Under the pieces are notes generated by a model. That model made no database searches and was not told the origin of the DNA. It saw only the letters and a list, made by a program, of their open reading frames with translations. Below are positions 13,501-25,500 of a stretch of DNA of 64,000 bases, in pieces. How positions within the stretch are numbered: the first letter of the stretch is position 1; every line of letters begins with the position of its first letter. A program made the position numbers and the translations under genes. Source of the stretch: Mizuhopecten yessoensis (lineage: Eukaryota); NCBI RefSeq assembly GCF_002113885.1, contig NW_018408683.1:242144-306143 (forward strand), in the 5' to 3' direction.

Positions 13501-16500
13501 CAATTTTCATGCAATTGATATTTTATGCACTTGACCATGCCAATCAGCATGTAAATTAAACAAAAATAGAAAACAATAAAGGAAGCTCCAAATTCAATGT
13601 CATTTGACAGATGTGCAAGGACTACTCATATAAAATGAAAGTCATGACATTAGGAAATGATGACCCTCAGAAGTAGAGTGGCCTTTGGTGCGACTTACAG
13701 CCAGGGCGAGGTCAACAGCCTCCTCATACAGTCCCATCAGGGAGTAGATGTGGACACAGGCCTTCTTATGATCATGTTCTGCACACAAGCGCAGGGCATA
13801 CTTCAGGTCATAACAGATACTCTCCGGGTCCTGTCAACACAAACATGTTAATTTATGCCTTAGTCCATATATAAACATGGATCAAGTATATGCTTTCCGA
13901 AGTTAAAGAGTAGAGAAAATAGGGAATTAGCAATATAAGCTTCTGATTAAGTAATACCTGGCACTCCACTTTATCATGCAGGTGAATATGGCAAATAAGA
14001 TAAAATTGTTTCCACTGGAAAAGAAGTATTTTATACCTAGCAAAATGATGTTATTTGACTTTGACCTCTGACTTTCCAACTCAAAAACCCTGCATCTGTA
14101 GGTAGGCCATCAGTTTGTCAGGTTGTAGTAACACTTTACTTCTCATGAAATACTTACTGTACCCTGCATCTGCAGGTAAGTCATCAGTTTGTCTGATTGT
14201 AGCTTGGCATATAGAGACAGGAGGTAGTTGTGGATAGCTTGCTCCTTGTTCTGCATTTCCTGAATACAGAACTCAAGGTAGCGTATTGCCTCGTTACCCT
14301 GAAGGTATAAAAGGTATAAAAACAACATTATAAACATCTTACATCGTCTAACACTTCCCGAAGATCAAACCAAGATGCCTAAGTGGCCTGTATCCCATGT
14401 TATTTAGTGTTTTGTCAGGGTCATGAGAGACAAATTTGTTTTGAATTCTGCTACATAAAGATTGACAAACATTTGTATTAACTGAAATCAAAATTGGCTT
14501 GGCGGAATTTGTTGAAGAACCAATTAGTAGTGGGGTTTTTCAAAGAAACTTGATGTTAAAATATTGATAGTTTATAACAAATTTAGTGTGAAGTGTTTGG
14601 ATGTCAAATAAAATATAGACCAGTTGGAAAGATACCCTAAGGAAGCTGCCACTTTTCTTTACAAACAAAAATAAAGATAAACCAGAAAACTTCACGAGGT
14701 CAAGAATGCCCCCTCTCCCTGGCAAAGTTGTGTCATTGGTTGACAGATTTTGTGACCTTGGCCTTGACCCTAATCCCTGAAATAGGACCTTGGTTTTATA
14801 GTATTTTGTTTAACATCCTTTTTAACAGCTATGGTCATTTAAGGACATAAAAATAGGACCCCGTTTTAGTTATTCTCAGACTTGACCTTTATATAAAGTT
14901 TGATCAAAATCTGCTAGGAAAAATGCCACTAGAGTGATGTTCCTGAAAAATTTCTATAAATAGTAACAGTGACCTTGGTCTTGAACTTGAAGCCCTAAAA
15001 TACAAACTAAATTGAGGTATTCATGTACTTGACTTATGTAAATAGTTGGATCGAAATTAGCTAAAAATGAAGTTACTAGAGGGATGAGAATGAATTGAAA
15101 TCGGTTGGACATTGGTAGCACTATATGCTGACCTGCTGTCTGTATCTGTTATGGTCGTACTGTACGAGAGCCGGGATGAGACGGAGGGGTTCCAGGTTTC
15201 CCTTCTGTTTGATCCAATCCGTGACCGTCTCCTGTGGGATGTTCTGCATCAACAGGGGAGAGAACTTGTAGAATAGGTCCACATCTCCCGAACACTGCAA
15301 ATAATGGCAGACAAATCAGTGAGGCTATTAAACACTTCAAGTAAATGATTTGGTGAGAACTTCAAAGGCTGATGAGACATGATTTGTGAGTTCTTCAAAG
15401 GCTGATGAGACATGATTTGTGAGAACATTGAAGGCTGATGAGACAATTTTTGTGAGAACTTTTAAGGCTAAGGAGACATGACTTGTGAGAACTTCAAAGG
15501 CTGATGATACATGATTTGCGAGAACACTGAAGGCTTATGAGACAATTTTTGTAAGATCTTTGAGTGCTGATGAGACATGATTTGTGAGAACATTGAAGGC
15601 TGATGAGACATGATTTATGAGAACTTTGAAAGCTGATGCGACATGTTTTATGAGATCTTTCAAGCAGATAAGAGTTACATGTTTTGTGAGAATTGTAAAG
15701 GCTTATTAGACTTAAATCTTCTGTGAGAATTTTGAAGGTTGATGATACTTACATGTTTTGTGAGAACTTTGAGGGCATTCTTGTATTCATCATGTTGCAA
15801 ATAGTGTGTAATCACCTTCTCAAAGTCTGAAATGTATGATGAACAAAGCCATTATAGATACGTTGATGTACCTGAAATTTGAAATGACAGCACAGCTGTA
15901 GGTACAAAGTTTGTTTCTACAAATCAAGTTACAAAGCAGTAATAATTCCCTAGTTCGAAAAATCAATAGTCTTGAAAAATGAAACACCAATTACAATGCT
16001 TACCTTGCATTAGGAAGGCGAAGAAGACCATATCCTCCACATCTCCGTGACTGGCAATGAGGTCGTACACCACACCACGATTATTACTCACACACTCCTA
16101 CAGTATAAAGACCAGGGTTATCTCCCATTAACACTGCAACATACACTGTAATATACATTATGCCAGGTGCCACAATTAATATTTTAAAACTTCCTGATCC
16201 TGAACCTGTGGCTTGGTAGATGAACTTAACTTGACCTAGAAATACACCCAGATATACACAATTAAGTACTGACCTTTACTCTGCCTTGGTTAAGGAACAT
16301 TCGGAACTGGTCTTGTAGGTCCTCATATTCCTTTGTTTGGTCGCGGCCAGCCTCCTTCAGCTCGCCAAGCTGGTTCAGATAAATCTCTACCAGCCAGGTC
16401 ACCAACATGGTCAGCTGAGTCTTGTCCTGTATATACAATTTACACAGAAAAATCATGAGTTCAACTTGATGTGTAAAATATTCTTCCCAAGTCACCTCAT

Positions 16501-19500
16501 ATGCATGACAAACCTCTCCTTTGTCACCTCAGATATGCTGGAAACCTTTCCAGGTCAAATCTCATGTCCATATATCTACCTAAGCATGGTTAAGTTATTG
16601 CAATGTAAGGTTTAAGATAGTATTGGTGTCACAGCTTTATTTAAGAAATGAAGTTAAAATATAACCAGGCTAAGTTCATGATCCTAGTGACTTAGAGACT
16701 TGTTCAGCTTCCTAGATTTACCTGTGGTTTTAGGGACTCGAGCTTCTTAAGGATGAATGACTTGAGGGCATCTTTCTTGTCGAGTTTGATGAACCGGAGG
16801 GCTATTTCCTCAAAGGAGTTCTGTGTCTGAGCATACATCATGGCACTTTCCTCGTACCTAGAAATCAGGAATGACTGTAACTAGGTGCATGTACAATACA
16901 ACTTCAACAAGTTCCTTCACATAAAATTTGTATATGTATGTACTAGCATCAGACTTTGACAACAAATTACAAAAACAAATCAGAACTGTAAGTTTTTCAT
17001 TGTAATATGCTTCCAACTATAACATTCACAATGAAAATAGATTACAGAGTTAATTTAACAACTGTACACCGGGAAACTTTCGCACAGTCAAATATTCGCC
17101 CTTTGCCAATAAAATCTCAGTTTGGTCAGTGTTAATTTGGCCCTTCACAGGTCATTACTGCCCTTCACATGTCATTACTGCCCTACTGCCCTTCACCTGT
17201 CATTACTGCCCTTCACATGTCATTACTATTTATTGTATTTTGTGTACTAATATTTGCTGTCATGATAAAGTCACCCTAATTGGGGAGGGCAAAAGAGACG
17301 AAAGTTAACTGCAACGGAAAATTTCCGGTATACAGTACCTTGTATACTGATTAAATGTAAAATGTTTTAATGAAATCTAAGGAGTGCTTGAGAAGAAGTA
17401 ATCTGTATATACAACATATGCTCCAATCTACAGACAGATAAATGGACAGACACCCTGATTCTGGGATATGATTTTATGTGAAGCGTATGAAATAAAATTC
17501 AAAGAGTTGTGTCATATAACATACCTACTCTGCCTGTACCTACCTATCATTGGTAAATAAATACTCGGCCTGTTTGGTCAGTACACGGTCCATCTGGGCC
17601 ATGTTGTCCTGCAAGTAAATCCAAAGTGACACAATGATGAATCAACTTGCTTGACATCTTAGAAATATAAAGACATGACGGAAACACTGGTATCAAATTT
17701 AAATGTGCACCATCATGATAAAGTTAAATGACTCAAAGTTTCCTATCTACAGAAACATGTAACACATTACTCATGTCTAGACCTTAATAATGTACAGCAA
17801 TGATAACGGTTTACAATGATAATATATATAATGAACTTTACAGAATGTACAAACTCATTTGCACTTCTCTGAGCAATTTTAGACTATAAATTAAAGACAA
17901 TATTTATAGAAACATATCTTATAATGCGTCATCTGCAATCTACTGAGTTATTGATAACCAACAAAATTAAGTTTCATTTTCATATGTGCAAATCATTGAT
18001 GCTAATGAGGTGAAAAAATACACACCCGACAATATTCTTTGGCGAGGTCAAACTGGCCCATGTCAAGGTACATCTGCCAGACATCCCTATGGAGAAACAT
18101 ATCATCATGTTCAGGTCATCAGAACATCCACCCGTACAAAATTAACATAACACAAATACACAAGGAGAAATACATTATCGTATGTTAATATCATCAGAAA
18201 ACTCACAGGTGCAACAGTCAATTAACCAGAATTATAGATCGAGGATATTAACAAGAGGCCCATGGGCCTTAACGGTCACCTGATATATTTATACAGAGAG
18301 TTGATTTTGTTTTTAACATGAAGAGAAATGTTATTCAAAGTGACAAAAAACAATAAAACCACCTTACTCAATATCTAGCATACAGATTTCAGACTAAAAA
18401 GGATTTGAAACTAGCACCTACAGCCCTTGGGGGTAGGGCTGGCTCAAAATTTTCAAAGTATCAAACTGTCAATTCAAGGTTATAATTCCAATCAAGTTAT
18501 TAACATGTAATATTCAAAGTATCATTTGTCATTATAAACCATAATAAATTTTGCCCCCCCCCCCTCCTTCCCCAGGGGGTAAACGTGAGACCCTAGGGTC
18601 ATAAACCTTAAGACCCTTCCATCTATGAANNNNNNNNNNNNNNNNNNNNNNNNNNNNNNNNNNNNNNNNNNNNNNNNNNNNNNNNNNNNNNNNNNNNNNN
18701 NNNNNNNNNNNNNNNNNNNNNNNNNNNNNNNNNNNNNNNNNNNNNNNNNNNNNNNNNNNNNNNNNNNNNNNNNNNNNNNNNNNNNNNNNNNNNNNNNNNN
18801 NNNNNNNNNNNNNNNNNNNNNNNNNNNNNNNNNNNNNNNNNNNNNNNNNNNNNNNNNNNNNNNNNNNNNNNNNNNNNNNNNNNNNNNNNNNNNNNNNNNN
18901 NNNNNNNNNNNNNNNNNNNNNNNNNNNNNNNNNNNNNNNNNNNNNNNNNNNNNNNNNNNNNNNNNNNNNNNNNNNNNNNNNNNNNNNNNNNNNNNNNNNN
19001 NNNNNNNNNNNNNNNNNNNNNNNNNNNNNNNNNNNNNNNNNNNNNNNNNNNNNNNNNNNNNNNNNNNNNNNNNNNNNNNNNNNNNNNNNNNNNNNNNNNN
19101 NNNNNNNNNNNNNNNNNNNNNNNNNNNNNNNNNNNNNNNNNNNNNNNNNNNNNNNNNNNNNNNNNNNNNNNNNNNNNNNNNNNNNNNNNNNNNNNNNNNN
19201 NNNNNNNNNNNNNNNNNNNNNNNNNNNNNNNNNNNNNNNNNNNNNNNNNNNNNNNNNNNNNNNNNNNNNNNNNNNNNNNNNNNNNNNNNNNNNNNNNNNN
19301 NNNNNNNNNNNNNNNNNNNNNNNNNNNNNNNNNNNNNNNNNNNNNNNNNNNNNNCCTTTGTCCATGGAAGGTCCCTGCAAAATTTCATTGAAATTGGTTC
19401 AGGGGTTTTGGAGAAGAAGTCGAAAATGTAAATTGTTTACGGACGCACGACGGACGACGGACGACGACGGACAAAAGGCGATCGCAATAGGTCACTTGAG

Positions 19501-22500
19501 ACTTTGTCTCAGGTGACCTAAAAAAGCTTTTTCAGAATTAAGGACAAAAATAATATAGATATAACACTTAATTTAAAGCTTTGAAACCTCAATTGCCTTT
19601 CTGCCTAATAAATCTGAGGACAGAGTTTACAATGTGTTCTGTGACTGAGGTTTAAACTTACCTTGCCTCTCGGACAATTTTGTACTTGAAGACACTCTGG
19701 GATGTGAAAGTCCATAAGCTGCCTTTTAGAGGGTCTTTACAGAGTCCTAGCAATCGCCCCAATCTCTGTAAATATAATTTATAAAGTCAAAGTATAAATG
19801 ATATTGTTATATACTGTATCTGTACCTGTACAAGACCAATGAATTATAATTTTGTCTCTTTAAACAGCTGTGGGATTGCACAACTTGACATGATGTGCAG
19901 TGTGCACATCGAGTCTGCACAATGTGCACATCGATTTGTGACAGCTATTATGGTTTATAGTGAAATGAAAGGTTACTTACATCAGGGTATATATCATCAA
20001 AGATGGGCTGTTCATTCAGTACACACATAACCTTGATCCTGGAGGATAGATATGTTGACATGTATTATAGATATTATAGAAATGATTGAATGATTGATTG
20101 ATTAATTAATTGATTGACTGATTGACCGAGGGTCTTTTTTCAACAGTTACATTTGTATCAGATGGTGGGCGACTCAAGGACCACTTAAAAGTGTCATCAC
20201 ACTGAAATGTCATGTTAGCATGACACATCCCCAATCAGTTGTCACGCAGTCCTGACAACTGGCTATATAGCTAACAAGTCTCAGGAGATATCACTAGACA
20301 CCTTATAGATAGGAATAAAGGACAAAATGGACCATAAATAGAATCAAACATTGTCAACCCTGAGAAAGCTACTGTATGAACATTTATTTGATCACCTTGC
20401 AAAGTTATCTCCCTTCCATTGCTGACTACACAAATTTAAATGCTACAGAGTTGGTAGATATATGTTAGGCAAATGTATGATGTTTGTACAGATCACCGTA
20501 AATATGTAAGGTTTATGTTGAGAGGACAGAAAAATTGGGGGATGGTGTAAATGTGTAATCATTTTTACACAATACAGCACCACTTACCGGTCAGGGAAGA
20601 GCAGAAGGACGTGGAACTCTGTGAGAGCCATAGCCTGGGGTTTAGTGCCCCTATCGTCTGGGTCACTCGGGTAGTTCATCAGTTTTGTGTTGGTGGTGAC
20701 AGTGGAGGGGCCAGCTGCCCCTGTAAGTTCTACATCCCCGTAATACACTCCCGGCCCTGTAAAACGATAAGACCAAAATACACTCTTGATTTTATACAAT
20801 AATATTCAGTAATACACTGCATATACCAAAAGGTGACCTGCTTACTTGGCTTTTAGAACAGGTATTCTTCTAACGATAATGTCCCTGGCTTCTTACTTTT
20901 CCACTGGTCATTAAGCCCTTGAGACTACATACTGGTTATCCAGACATTAAATTAACATCCTGTCTTTACTCACCAGTCATCCATGCAAATTTCTTTGGTG
21001 CAGCTCGGAATCTTGGCAAATACAACTTCAGTTCACTATTCCCAAAGTCTCCCGGCAGTTCCAGAAACTGTTCTGTTGATCACAATTGTTTTTATTTTTA
21101 ATTTTATAAAACAAGATCCACGTAAATAGTTACATGAATGTCTCTAGGAGTACTGACCTCTAGGTATGACTCCTTGTCTACCTTTCTGGTACTACATACA
21201 AAATTTAACCCTTAGTGAAGATGCATAAATAATTCTCAAAGTTAAAGACAATATTCTAACTACCTACAGGCATAGCACCACACATACAAGTAAGCTGTGG
21301 CACACAATCATAGCTTAAAACTGTCTAACCTGAAAGATAGCTATGCCTTCAACTCAAACAAGCTTAAATTGCCGCCATTAAGAAATAACTTGTATCAAAA
21401 TCTGTTGTAATATAAATATGAATGTTGCTGTTTAACTGGTGTTGCCAATATAATACAAATTATACAGGCAGAGAGATATGCATTTCACACTGCCCAAAGT
21501 ACCTGGTTTGTTTTCATACTGCTGAAACAGAGGCTGGAACATCGGCGGCTCTGATGACTTGGACACATTTCCGATAAACTGGTACAGACGACTGAAATAA
21601 ACAGGTTGATACAGATATTACAAGTCAATTTACGAAGATGAATATACAAGATGCCAAGTTTTCATTGACAACCGACATCATTGTGGGGATCATATATAGA
21701 TACTGTAGTGTACTTATCTTCTAAGTCTGATAGTGAAAATGCATGTGTATGGGCAATCAAGCAGTCGAGGCTTTGGCATAAAGAAATATGAAGTGTTCCT
21801 ATCACTTTAACCATCAACATAAGACCTCTACATTCATTTGAGAACTAGAGATTGATATCATGAACATGGGTGTGAAATTTCATGAAATTTTGATAGACAC
21901 TTTAGTCAGGAGGCTGTGAACAAACCAACAGTTGTAAGACAGATTGGGGAGCGGACAGAACAAACGGGACGACCCCAATATACATTCCACCAAAAGATGG
22001 ACATTTTTCATTCAATTAATCATGCACATACTTTGTCTCTATAAATTATCACATATAATACAGCAATTTGTCAGAAAATTAATTACTTCATTGTTTACAT
22101 CAATATATATATAAGTTTATCTCCTCACAGAATTAACCTAGAAACCATTCCTTCATACATTACCAGCCAAATACTCACCCTGGTGTAGTTATCATGATGA
22201 AATAATTGTATTCTGTCATGGCATCAGATGGCATACGGTCAAACTCCAGTCCTGTGATGGCCACAGCCTTTGTTTTACCCAGATTGAACAGCTGTATCAC
22301 AATACATACAAAGTTATAGAACTATACTACAAACCTATCAGTGTACAATGATATAATAAATACAAAGTTATAGTACTATACTACAAACCGATCAGTGTAC
22401 AATAATACAATACATACAAAGTTATAGAACTATACTACAAACATATCAGTGTACAATGACATTGCTCCAAAGTACCTTCTAAAGTACAATTTAATTTTGA

Positions 22501-25500
22501 AACAACAACAAACTGGATATCATAAATCAAAATTGATCTTTTTTAATTTAACCAGGAAATGTAGACCACAAGTTGATACAATGCCGAATTCATCAAAACA
22601 CATTCATTTATAATACTTGTACATTTCCCTGATTTCAAGGTTTCATTTTCAACCACTCACAGCACCGTGGTAAAAATGGTTAAATGGCTCATGCATCCAT
22701 CACCTGTAATTTTTCAATAAACAGGCGCCATATCAGATAAATCAATGCTAATGGTTAGACATCAGCTTAAAGTTTGTACATGTTTTAGTGATGCCATGAT
22801 GCAGAAACATTGTTTCCTATCCACATTACAACCTAATATACATGTACAAAATTATTTAAAGATTGTAGAATTTGTACATATATTTTTGCCTCCTCGATAC
22901 TACAGGGATTATGCTCACTTTTGCTCTCTGCACCCCTGGAATATGTCATAGCAAAATTGAAGGCACGAAGATAGCTGTTTGATTAGTCTCATTTTGCGCT
23001 GACATATTCCAGGGTGCAGAGAACTCGAGTGAGGGTAACCCCTGGAGTATCGAGGATGATTGTTTTGATGAATTATAAGAGATGGTGATTAGACATTTTA
23101 AAGGTGGGACGTAAAGAAACAAGTGTTGGATAAATATCTATATAAACAGTTAGATTGATACCTTCATCTCTCCATGAAGTGATACATGTATTGATGTTTG
23201 ACATCAACTTAATAAAACAGGAGTGTTTTCACCACTTCACACATTTACTGTACTATATGAATGTGTGACATTGTAACAACCCTTTTTAAAAATAAAATGT
23301 ATAATCATGATACATTATTAATGAATAAATACCACTTACCGGTATATACAATACAAACTTATAAGTATTTTACAAGTTATATAAGATGCAGTGAAATTAA
23401 ATGTAATTTACAAGTAATATCAGATACAGGTGAACATTTTGAAATGAAATAAACTAAAAACACAGACAAACTTAATGTATTCTCATGTAAAAAAAATACC
23501 ACACAGGTACAAGTCAATTAAAGGTAATTAACAAGTTATATGAAAAACAGACAAACTTCAAAGCATTTGACGACTAAATATAAAATGCAGGCAAACTTAT
23601 TAGGTTTTTACAAGTAAATATGAAGTACAGGCAAAATTGTGGAAATTAAGATATTTTTTAAACCCTGCTTTATTAGTTGCAAAACTCAGTCAAATTCATA
23701 CTTTGTAACCAAACTCTCTAATTTACATAGAAAACCAACGATAATATTTTCATAGTCATATCTTTTTGCCATATATGGGAAGGAGGTAACTGAGCTCAGT
23801 TGTAAGTTTAAAATAACATCTAGGTGTAATTGCCAAATCTGTTTCAAGATTGATCACTATAAAGGGTCAGACAGAGGACCATTGATATAAGGCTATATGT
23901 ACCTAATATCTGTTAGTAGTCGGGGTCAGACAGAGGACCATTGATATAAGGCTATATGTACCTAATATCTGTTTCTAGTCAGGGTCAGACAGAGGGCCAT
24001 TGATATAAGGCTATATGTACCTAATATCTGTTTGTAGTCAGGGTCAGACAAAGGACCATTGATATAAGGCTATATGTACCTAATATCTGTTTCTAGTCAG
24101 GGTCAGACAGAGGGCCATTGATATAAGGCTATATGTACCTAATATCTGTTAGTAGTCGGGGTCAGGCAGAGGACCATTGATATAAGGCTATATGTACCTA
24201 ATATCTGTTAGTAGTCAGGGTCAGACAGAGGACCATTGATATAAGGCTATAAGTATGCTAACTAACATGCAGTTGTTTTACAAAAGATATCCACACTGAC
24301 TAAACAATAGTCATTCCAGCAGTTGATCATGTTTTACTGTAAAAATTGTATATATGTACCAATTCAATTATTACCAGTTAAATTGGTGAAAAGTTTGCAT
24401 CATATTTTGAAAGCATTTTTGTTTAACACGTTCCTTAATTACATATATTTTGACCCCCCGCCCCCCCCCCTCAAAAAAACAAACTTGAATCATATTCACT
24501 GTGTTTGAATATTACAATTTTTACAGTAAACAGTAGCTAGTACCTCCTCTGGACGAGCCAAAATTTTCAGCTGCATTCAAGAGGAACACAAAACATGTCA
24601 TTAAACACACAGTTACATTTCATCATTACAGACACAGTATCAGTTAACCCATTACAACAATGTCTATCTTATAACAACCATATACAATGATACCATCTTG
24701 TACTCATATTATTATGTTAAGGTTATTTAAAGTTTTATCCACTTACAAAAATACCCTGCATATGGTTGGCCTTACCTGTTTCAGATACTGGTCTAAGCTC
24801 CCCTGAAAAAAGCGGCTGTTTTCATTATCTGTTAATTCTGTCTCAAATATCAGACCTATGACAAAAAATAAAACAGAGTTCAAAAACCAAAAAACACAGG
24901 AACCAGAAATAAAGGAACTTCAAATTCAGAAATGTGAAATACATGAATATTAAATGCAGGAATCTAAAATACATAAATCTAAAATACATTAATCTTCAAT
25001 ATATGAATCTCAAATAGAGAAATTACCTCAACCAGTGAAATGTTCATGGGTGATGTTTCAATGACCCGTATATCATCTACTCTGTCACTTTCATCCGACA
25101 ATTATTCTGATGAAACTAACAAAGAACATATACTAGTCATCAAAAATAACTAGAATAATTGATATCTGGAATAGTCTCCCACAAGATGTTATTTCATCTT
25201 GTAATGTTTTTGACTAAGAGAAAAACTAGGACGAATTCTGGAAAAATCTGGAGTTGAAGTACGATCATACAGCGTTTTATATATAGGCTTATTTTATGTT
25301 TACCACAACGTATTTCAACTATATTGATGTGGATATGGAGGCAGTGATGCCTGCGTCCACTAATATCCTATCAAATCCTATTAAATAACAATCTCACTGG
25401 TTGTGCTATATAAGACTGTATACAAGAGATGATAGATATTTCCTAACTCAAGCATACCAAACAAAGACACTTAGCTATTCATCCTGGTCTTACCCTTACT

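Noticed and set aside
18522-19431. 268-288-aa ORFs
   Set aside because: They consist of X residues from the N gap.
23864-24253. 59-bp array as another junction-derived repeat
   Set aside because: It has AG and GTAC motifs on the sense strand, but no adjacent exon matches the unit; counted as an exception to the pattern.
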